Shown: one piece after another, positions 35,997 through 43,505 of the stretch
Layout of the letters: every line of letters starts with the position of its first letter
Numbering within the stretch: position 1 is the first letter of the stretch
Assembly: GCA_947628685.1 (NCBI GenBank)
Contig: CANRAT010000001.1
Span: 1-48,480 of the forward strand
Direction of reading: 5' to 3'
Length of the DNA stretch: 48,480 nucleotides
From: an uncultured Bacilli bacterium
Lineage (GTDB): Bacteria > Bacillota_I > Bacilli_A > RF39 > UBA660
Notes under the pieces: model-generated
Told to the model about the DNA's origin: nothing
The model's input: the letters and a program-made list of their open reading frames with translations, nothing else
Database searches by the model: none
Program-made: the position numbers and the translations under genes

Positions 35997-36659
35997 TCAT
36001 AATTTAAAACTATTTCGTTTATTGCTTACATACATAATTAATCCACATATAGCAATAATAGCTATTAAAAATATATAATAATATTTAGTATAAATTTTTG
36101 TTAATAAATCAATAAATCCAGTTTCATATTCTATTTCATTTTTAGTCTCATCTTTTTTATTTAAGCTACTTTTATATTGTAAAACTAAAGTTTTAAATCT
36201 ATCATATGTATAACTGTTATCAATCCACTTTTGGCATAGACCATAACCTCTTATATCATCACAAATAGGGTCGTTAAAATATTGATTATATACAGGAAAT
36301 TTATAATATTTTGAACCTATTGATAAACCATTGCAATCACTTAAATTAGAATAAAACTTATATGTTCCCGAATTAATACTATAATTTCTTATTACAAGTT
36401 CCCCATTATTTGTATCACTAAAATAATAATAAGTATTTAATCCAGAATCATATAAATATATATCATCAGTTAAATTATTAATAGTAACATCAAAATAAAT
36501 TTCTCCATTTGTTTCATGATAATCATAGGAAATATTTATATTGCTTACAATAGATTTAAGTCTAGATATTTGTGAATATTCACATCCACCATAGGTTAGT
36601 GCTTTTGCATAAGATAACCCTAGAAAGAACATAATTACTACTATAATTATTTTTTTCAT
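35997..36659 (-). CDS. Secreted protein with a C-terminal TM anchor, unknown function
   Basis: Signal peptide MKKIIIVVIMFFLGLSYAKA, a Tyr/Asn-rich ectodomain of about 170 aa with 4 Cys, and the C-terminal helix YYYIFLIAIIAICGLIMYV. The preferred start is the ATG at 36659 (AGGTGG upstream). Confidence 0.6.
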   Translation of the reverse strand: MKKIIIVVIMFFLGLSYAKALTYGGCEYSQISRLKSIVSNINISYDYHETNGEIYFDVTINNLTDDIYLYDSGLNTYYYFSDTNNGELVIRNYSINSGTYKFYSNLSDCNGLSIGSKYYKFPVYNQYFNDPICDDIRGYGLCQKWIDNSYTYDRFKTLVLQYKSSLNKKDETKNEIEYETGFIDLLTKIYTKYYYIFLIAIIAICGLIMYVSNKRNSFKL

Positions 36660-36666
36660 ATTCCAC

Positions 36667-38241
36667 CTACTTGAGTATATATTCATAATGAGAATTTCTT
36701 AAATTGAAAATAATTTTAATTTCATCGGCACTCTTAATATCAGAAATAACTCCTATATATGCAGTATTTGCTTCACTTGACTTTTTACTTTTAATTTGTT
36801 CAAAATTACTTTCTTGATTATACCACTTATCCCCTATTTTATATGATATATATCCAAAACTACTTAAAAAATCGTAAAATGTTTTTGAATCTATATAACT
36901 ATTGTTTGAATATTCTACATTTAATTTTAATATATATTTATCAAATGTAGTATTTATAGTTGGTTTTAAATATTCTATAGAATTTATGCAATCATTATCT
37001 GACATACAATAGTTATAAGAAATTAAAAACTTATCACTTACCTCAAAACTATTAATTTTAAACTTAATATCTCCTAAAACTTCTTCAAATGACATTAATT
37101 CACCCACATTAACTGATATAGAATTATTAGAAATTTCTAGTTGTGATGGTTTTAAATTTATATCTATTTTATAATCAAGTCCATTATATATTAATTTCAT
37201 TTTACTATTTGTAAATTTATTAGGGACTTCAAAAACTAATAAATAATTTTGCAATTCTTTATCTAATATGTCTTCTTTGTACGTTTTTCCCAAATCTATT
37301 AGACTGTTTTCATAGTTAGATACAGGTTTGAATTTTATCCCACCAATATTTAAAGTAAAATTATTTAAATAAAGAAATTTATTTTCTATCGAAGAATTTA
37401 AAGACAAATTAACAGCTACCAAAGAAGTATCATTAGTTGAAAGATTAAGGCCTTCATAATTTTCTTTAACTACTTTGGTTGAATTAACTTGTATACCGTA
37501 ATTGCTAACATAGTAAAGCTGTCTTTCAACTTTTTTATCACTATTTCTTTTTAAGACAACAATGGCACTAGTAAGCGCTATCAAAGCGCAAAATGAAAGT
37601 ATACATACATTTATAATAAATCTATTTTCTACATAAGCATATTTTAAATTTCTAAATTTTTCTTTTCTTTTTCTTTTTAATTCGTCAAAATCAACATTTA
37701 CATTTACTTCTATTTCTTCTCTATCACTTTCAGATATTTCAATATTTGAAAGATCAGAATCAAAATCAAATTTTTTAAAATTAATACTCATTCCACGTGC
37801 GATAAAAACAGTTATCATCACGCTTTGTATAATAACACTTATAAGTACTAAATCGTGTATCAATTTAACAGAACTAACAGATAGAATTTCTTCTTCCATA
37901 AGTTTTAAAAAATTTGCTGTATATACATTTATTATTAATACAACTATAAATGAAAAAATACATATAAAATAAAAAGTAACAGGCTTATGTTTCTTAAACA
38001 TTATACCTAGTATTATCATAACTATAACTAATACAACTATTGGTACTACATAAAATAAACTATTAATATATGTACTTTTTATTTCAGTTCCAACCACACT
38101 AGTAGTATTGTGTAGATAATTATTTAAAAAATTTAGTATTTTATTATTTGTAATTATTGAATAAAAAATTATTAGTGAAATAAGCAAATGGAGAGGCTTA
38201 AACACTTTTATAAAAAACGCATAAGGTTTTTTTAATATCAT
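36667..38241 (-). CDS. Polytopic membrane protein with a large extracellular beta-rich C-terminal domain, unknown function
   Basis: About 5 TM helices with a charged cytoplasmic loop (EISESDREEIEVN...KRKRKEK), then a C-terminal ectodomain of about 290 aa. AAGGAGAGG RBS. Confidence 0.6.
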   Translation of the reverse strand: MILKKPYAFFIKVFKPLHLLISLIIFYSIITNNKILNFLNNYLHNTTSVVGTEIKSTYINSLFYVVPIVVLVIVMIILGIMFKKHKPVTFYFICIFSFIVVLIINVYTANFLKLMEEEILSVSSVKLIHDLVLISVIIQSVMITVFIARGMSINFKKFDFDSDLSNIEISESDREEIEVNVNVDFDELKRKRKEKFRNLKYAYVENRFIINVCILSFCALIALTSAIVVLKRNSDKKVERQLYYVSNYGIQVNSTKVVKENYEGLNLSTNDTSLVAVNLSLNSSIENKFLYLNNFTLNIGGIKFKPVSNYENSLIDLGKTYKEDILDKELQNYLLVFEVPNKFTNSKMKLIYNGLDYKIDINLKPSQLEISNNSISVNVGELMSFEEVLGDIKFKINSFEVSDKFLISYNYCMSDNDCINSIEYLKPTINTTFDKYILKLNVEYSNNSYIDSKTFYDFLSSFGYISYKIGDKWYNQESNFEQIKSKKSSEANTAYIGVISDIKSADEIKIIFNLRNSHYEYILK

Positions 38242-38260
38242 TGTCTATCCTCTCCTTTTT

Positions 38261-40747
38261 TTAACGTTTACTACTATTATTTACTGTTACTACATTTCTT
38301 GAAATTAAAGTAGTTAAATAATTGCTTGTACAAATCTTTCCTTCACTATCACATGTCATATTAAAGTCATCGTATGTTGTTCCTGAATTATAATTCCTAA
38401 TTTCTTGAATTGTTTGTGGTGTGAGAGTTATTACATATTTTGGCTCTACTTTTGCATTTGTTTTAGGTATTATCCCATACCTATTTGGTGTATTTTGCAT
38501 TATTGTCTCTGAATATAAATCTTTACCCGTTGATATATATTCATTCATTAATGTTAAATCTGATGCATCAATATTTCCATCTCTATTGATATCGTATTTG
38601 TCTTCTAAAGTATCTATTCTTTCCATTACTATATTGTAATCGCTTGCATCAAATTTACCATCACCATTAATGTCTAGACTATCCATTGTCCAGTTTGTTC
38701 CTGCTTTTCTGGTATTACCACTCTTTCCTGGAAATGAATCTTCTACATCTACACTCCTATATTTTAAATTTAATTCATTATTTAGTATCTCATTAAATAT
38801 ATCATATGTACAAGATGTATTATCGTTTGCTATTGTATTACCTATTGGATCACTTATCCTAAATGGAATTGTTTTTCTAATTGTTGTTGTCTCTGAATCT
38901 AATTTGGTAACATATCCATATCCTAAAAATCTGCAATTGAAACATTGCGTAAATGATGTTTCTCCTGTTCCAATTTTAGAATATACTGAAGGTAGGTTAT
39001 ATAATTTCTTATATGTATATGTAAAAACTGAATATCCACTTCCAGAATATGAATTTGATGTAGTATCTAATAATTCATTTGTTAATTCATTATCATTTAA
39101 TGAAACACTTCCTACATACTTTGAATAATCTTTATTATCTGTAAAATTGTTTGGTGTTCCAAATACGTAACACGTTCTTGTTACCGTTCCTTCTCCTATT
39201 TTAGGTTCTTTTAAGTTTAATAACATTTGACCTGATTTTATCTTTCCAAAATAATGATTATTTGTTATACCTAATACATTTGAAAAATTAAATGTATGTC
39301 CACAAAATGCAGTATAATTATTATTTAAAGTAATTTCTTCTTCAAATCCTGATAAATTATTTTCATTAAAATTACTAATACTAATATCTGCATACATACA
39401 ACCATATTTTTTATTGTAATTTGGTGTCGCATTATTTGTACAAGTTGGATTTGAGAAATCTAAAAGCCCTTTCTTTTTATATTTGTTATATAAAGTTACT
39501 AATTGATTTCTTGTAGGATTAGAACCTAATGATTCTAACTCGCTTTGACAACTTTTTTTATTTGTTACAGTTATACTCTTATCCGAATTGATTAATACTC
39601 TCATAGTTCTTCCACTCATACTTATACAGCCAACACAACTTCCTGCTTCATATCCACTAGGTAATGTTTCTGTTAAAGCATAAGTAATTGTACTTGCTGG
39701 TATACCTGTTATCTCACAAACACCATTAATATTTGTAGTACAAGTCATAGGAGAAATGCCGTTACCACTTAATGTGAATTTAACGCCACTAATAGGACTA
39801 TTTGTTGTACTATCTTTTTTTGTTATTTTTAAAGTATATTTTGTAGGAGTTGGATTATCTCCTGGATCTCCTGGATCGGGTGGATAATCAGGAAAAATAT
39901 CATCAATTATATATTTAAAATATCCGCATCCAGAGTAATCACTTGTTAATCTACCAGTTTGACCACTTCCAGAATTTTGAATAGGGCAAGAACTTTTGCC
40001 TGCTATTTGTAAGGCAGTTGACATTGAACCGTATATATACTGAAAATCTAATCCAGGTGTGCTAGTTGTTGTTGTTTTGCACAAATTGCCTTCAGGACCA
40101 GAATATGCAACATTAAGTCCCATTAAAGCAGTTGATGTTCCAAAATATTTCGCACCATCACAAAATACAAGCGTAACTGGCTCTATTATTATCAAATCAC
40201 CTGATTTAATATTATTAAAGTCATAACCTATAACGCTCAAAACGCCTCTTTGCTTATCTGCTAAATTATAATAAGAATTATCTCTTAAATAATTGTCTAA
40301 ATATGTACCACTACTAGCCGTATCTCTAGTCCAACTATTTCCAAGATTATTTCCATATAAGCAACCTTTAAATTTAACTGTCTGAGCGCTTGTACAACTT
40401 GCAGTAGAGCCTACATTTTTAATTTTGTCATAATCATATCCTGTTGTAGTACAAACCTTAACATCACTTAATTCTCCATAACAATCACCCTTTGAATTTG
40501 CTAGTGCGAAATACCCTTCATTAATTGTTGTTCCATTCCTAATAACTCTTACGCGAATATCATTTAAATAAGGTGATGGCCATTTTGTTGAACTTCCTGA
40601 AGCATCTCCACCAGTTTCTCCACCTGGTGACCCACCTGGAGTATTCTCATCATAAATATCAAACGCTATAGCTGTACTTGTACATATTAAAATGAGTGCA
40701 AACACAATGGATATAATTATTATACATTTTCCTATATTTTTTTTCAT
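38261..40747 (-). CDS. Secreted adhesin-like protein A (Cna-B/SpaA-like domain plus dockerin-like EF-hand pair)
   Basis: Signal peptide. Cna-B/SpaA-like segment KYTLKITKKDSTTNSPISGVKFTL...YALTETLPSGYEA. Dockerin-like segment DINGDGKFDASDYNIVM...DINRDGNIDASDLTLMNEYI. No LPXTG. AGGAG RBS. Confidence 0.75.
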   Translation of the reverse strand: MKKNIGKCIIIISIVFALILICTSTAIAFDIYDENTPGGSPGGETGGDASGSSTKWPSPYLNDIRVRVIRNGTTINEGYFALANSKGDCYGELSDVKVCTTTGYDYDKIKNVGSTASCTSAQTVKFKGCLYGNNLGNSWTRDTASSGTYLDNYLRDNSYYNLADKQRGVLSVIGYDFNNIKSGDLIIIEPVTLVFCDGAKYFGTSTALMGLNVAYSGPEGNLCKTTTTSTPGLDFQYIYGSMSTALQIAGKSSCPIQNSGSGQTGRLTSDYSGCGYFKYIIDDIFPDYPPDPGDPGDNPTPTKYTLKITKKDSTTNSPISGVKFTLSGNGISPMTCTTNINGVCEITGIPASTITYALTETLPSGYEAGSCVGCISMSGRTMRVLINSDKSITVTNKKSCQSELESLGSNPTRNQLVTLYNKYKKKGLLDFSNPTCTNNATPNYNKKYGCMYADISISNFNENNLSGFEEEITLNNNYTAFCGHTFNFSNVLGITNNHYFGKIKSGQMLLNLKEPKIGEGTVTRTCYVFGTPNNFTDNKDYSKYVGSVSLNDNELTNELLDTTSNSYSGSGYSVFTYTYKKLYNLPSVYSKIGTGETSFTQCFNCRFLGYGYVTKLDSETTTIRKTIPFRISDPIGNTIANDNTSCTYDIFNEILNNELNLKYRSVDVEDSFPGKSGNTRKAGTNWTMDSLDINGDGKFDASDYNIVMERIDTLEDKYDINRDGNIDASDLTLMNEYISTGKDLYSETIMQNTPNRYGIIPKTNAKVEPKYVITLTPQTIQEIRNYNSGTTYDDFNMTCDSEGKICTSNYLTTLISRNVVTVNNSSKR
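38268..39885. repeat. Copy 1 of a 1,618-bp direct repeat (3' two-thirds of adhesin A)
   Basis: Matches 40864-42481 at a constant offset of 2,596 bp. The boundaries were read base by base and spot-checked at three internal positions. The ORF-track translations are identical on both strands. Confidence 0.85.
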
Positions 40748-40853
40748 ATGCGTTCTCCTATCCTATTTTGATTATACAACATTTTTTTTAAAATTAAAAG
40801 TTTTTTTGTAAGTTATATTGAAAATAGTAAACAAAAAGTAAACGAAACTATTC

Positions 40854-43346
40854 TTAGCTTCGCTTACTACTATTATTTACTGTTACTACATTTCTTGAAA
40901 TTAAAGTAGTTAAATAATTGCTTGTACAAATCTTTCCTTCACTATCACATGTCATATTAAAGTCATCGTATGTTGTTCCTGAATTATAATTCCTAATTTC
41001 TTGAATTGTTTGTGGTGTGAGAGTTATTACATATTTTGGCTCTACTTTTGCATTTGTTTTAGGTATTATCCCATACCTATTTGGTGTATTTTGCATTATT
41101 GTCTCTGAATATAAATCTTTACCCGTTGATATATATTCATTCATTAATGTTAAATCTGATGCATCAATATTTCCATCTCTATTGATATCGTATTTGTCTT
41201 CTAAAGTATCTATTCTTTCCATTACTATATTGTAATCGCTTGCATCAAATTTACCATCACCATTAATGTCTAGACTATCCATTGTCCAGTTTGTTCCTGC
41301 TTTTCTGGTATTACCACTCTTTCCTGGAAATGAATCTTCTACATCTACACTCCTATATTTTAAATTTAATTCATTATTTAGTATCTCATTAAATATATCA
41401 TATGTACAAGATGTATTATCGTTTGCTATTGTATTACCTATTGGATCACTTATCCTAAATGGAATTGTTTTTCTAATTGTTGTTGTCTCTGAATCTAATT
41501 TGGTAACATATCCATATCCTAAAAATCTGCAATTGAAACATTGCGTAAATGATGTTTCTCCTGTTCCAATTTTAGAATATACTGAAGGTAGGTTATATAA
41601 TTTCTTATATGTATATGTAAAAACTGAATATCCACTTCCAGAATATGAATTTGATGTAGTATCTAATAATTCATTTGTTAATTCATTATCATTTAATGAA
41701 ACACTTCCTACATACTTTGAATAATCTTTATTATCTGTAAAATTGTTTGGTGTTCCAAATACGTAACACGTTCTTGTTACCGTTCCTTCTCCTATTTTAG
41801 GTTCTTTTAAGTTTAATAACATTTGACCTGATTTTATCTTTCCAAAATAATGATTATTTGTTATACCTAATACATTTGAAAAATTAAATGTATGTCCACA
41901 AAATGCAGTATAATTATTATTTAAAGTAATTTCTTCTTCAAATCCTGATAAATTATTTTCATTAAAATTACTAATACTAATATCTGCATACATACAACCA
42001 TATTTTTTATTGTAATTTGGTGTCGCATTATTTGTACAAGTTGGATTTGAGAAATCTAAAAGCCCTTTCTTTTTATATTTGTTATATAAAGTTACTAATT
42101 GATTTCTTGTAGGATTAGAACCTAATGATTCTAACTCGCTTTGACAACTTTTTTTATTTGTTACAGTTATACTCTTATCCGAATTGATTAATACTCTCAT
42201 AGTTCTTCCACTCATACTTATACAGCCAACACAACTTCCTGCTTCATATCCACTAGGTAATGTTTCTGTTAAAGCATAAGTAATTGTACTTGCTGGTATA
42301 CCTGTTATCTCACAAACACCATTAATATTTGTAGTACAAGTCATAGGAGAAATGCCGTTACCACTTAATGTGAATTTAACGCCACTAATAGGACTATTTG
42401 TTGTACTATCTTTTTTTGTTATTTTTAAAGTATATTTTGTAGGAGTTGGATTATCTCCTGGATCTCCTGGATCGGGTGGATTAAAAATATCATCAATGTT
42501 ATATTGAAAATATCCGCATCCAGAATACTCACTATGTAATCTACCAGTTTGACCACCTCCTTTATTTGTAACAGGGCAAGAGGGTTTGCCTGCCGTTTGC
42601 AAAGCAGTTGACATTATGCTATATACGTTCATAAAATCTGCATATGGTGCGTTAGTTGTTGTAGTATTATTACACTGGTGACCATCCACACCAGAATAAT
42701 TGATATTAGATCCCATTAAAGCAGTCGATGTACCAAAATATCGTACATTATCACAAACAACAAGTGTAGCAGGCTCTATTATTACTTTGTCTCCTTTTTG
42801 TGCATTATTAGCATTATAACCCATGCGATCTAAAACGGTTTCTTTTAAATTTTTATATGAATTATTTTTTAAATAATCGTTTAGATAATTACCATTACCG
42901 GAATCTCGTGTCCAACTATTGCCTAAATTTTCACTATCTAAGGATCCACTAAAATTAAATTGACTTTGTACGTTAGTAGTACAACTTGCATCTTTTGCAG
43001 CATCTGATATTGAATTGTAATTATAACCAGATGTCGTACACACTTTAACTTCTGTTATGTATCCCACATCTTTTAAGTTGTTGTCATTTGGATTTTTTAA
43101 TAAAAAGTATGATTCTTTTAAAACAGAATTACCTCTAAATATTCTTACACGAATAGAATTTAAATAAGGTGATGGCCATCTTGTTGGTTTGCCTGTTCCA
43201 TCTCCATTTCCACCCTCAATAAAAGGACTACCTGGATTATTTTCATCATAAATATTATATGCCAAAACGCTTTTTATACAAATTGTTATTAGTATAAGTA
43301 AAGATATATAAATTATACTTTTTCCTACATGTTTATTAATATTCAT
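40854..43346 (-). CDS. Secreted adhesin-like protein B (paralog of A with a divergent N-terminal ~290 aa)
   Basis: Signal peptide. From PPDPGDPGDNPTPTKY to the C-terminus the sequence is identical to A, except for one extra terminal Ser. The N-terminal region is clearly homologous but diverged. Confidence 0.75.
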   Translation of the reverse strand: MNINKHVGKSIIYISLLILITICIKSVLAYNIYDENNPGSPFIEGGNGDGTGKPTRWPSPYLNSIRVRIFRGNSVLKESYFLLKNPNDNNLKDVGYITEVKVCTTSGYNYNSISDAAKDASCTTNVQSQFNFSGSLDSENLGNSWTRDSGNGNYLNDYLKNNSYKNLKETVLDRMGYNANNAQKGDKVIIEPATLVVCDNVRYFGTSTALMGSNINYSGVDGHQCNNTTTTNAPYADFMNVYSIMSTALQTAGKPSCPVTNKGGGQTGRLHSEYSGCGYFQYNIDDIFNPPDPGDPGDNPTPTKYTLKITKKDSTTNSPISGVKFTLSGNGISPMTCTTNINGVCEITGIPASTITYALTETLPSGYEAGSCVGCISMSGRTMRVLINSDKSITVTNKKSCQSELESLGSNPTRNQLVTLYNKYKKKGLLDFSNPTCTNNATPNYNKKYGCMYADISISNFNENNLSGFEEEITLNNNYTAFCGHTFNFSNVLGITNNHYFGKIKSGQMLLNLKEPKIGEGTVTRTCYVFGTPNNFTDNKDYSKYVGSVSLNDNELTNELLDTTSNSYSGSGYSVFTYTYKKLYNLPSVYSKIGTGETSFTQCFNCRFLGYGYVTKLDSETTTIRKTIPFRISDPIGNTIANDNTSCTYDIFNEILNNELNLKYRSVDVEDSFPGKSGNTRKAGTNWTMDSLDINGDGKFDASDYNIVMERIDTLEDKYDINRDGNIDASDLTLMNEYISTGKDLYSETIMQNTPNRYGIIPKTNAKVEPKYVITLTPQTIQEIRNYNSGTTYDDFNMTCDSEGKICTSNYLTTLISRNVVTVNNSSKRS
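40864..42481. repeat. Copy 2 of the 1,618-bp direct repeat (3' two-thirds of adhesin B)
   Basis: See copy 1. About 70 bp of 5' UTR/promoter sequence (…AACTTTTAATTTTAAAAAAA(A)TGTTGTATAATCAAAATAGGATAGGAG…) is also conserved upstream of both genes. Confidence 0.85.
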
Positions 43347-43505
43347 ATTCGCTCTCCTATCCTATTTTGATTATACAACATTTTTTTAAAATTAAAAGTT
43401 TTTTATACTTTTCTTCATACATATCCTCCTACTATATTACATAACTTTTTTTAAAACTTAAATTTCTCTATAGATTATATTAAGTTAAAGTAGACAAAAC
43501 TAATT

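Noticed and set aside
38261-43346. The regularly spaced 2.6-kb repeat, considered as a possible CRISPR-like or mobile-element array.
   Set aside because: The repeat units are the 3' portions of two complete protein-coding paralogs. There are no short repeat-spacer structures, terminal inverted repeats or transposase.
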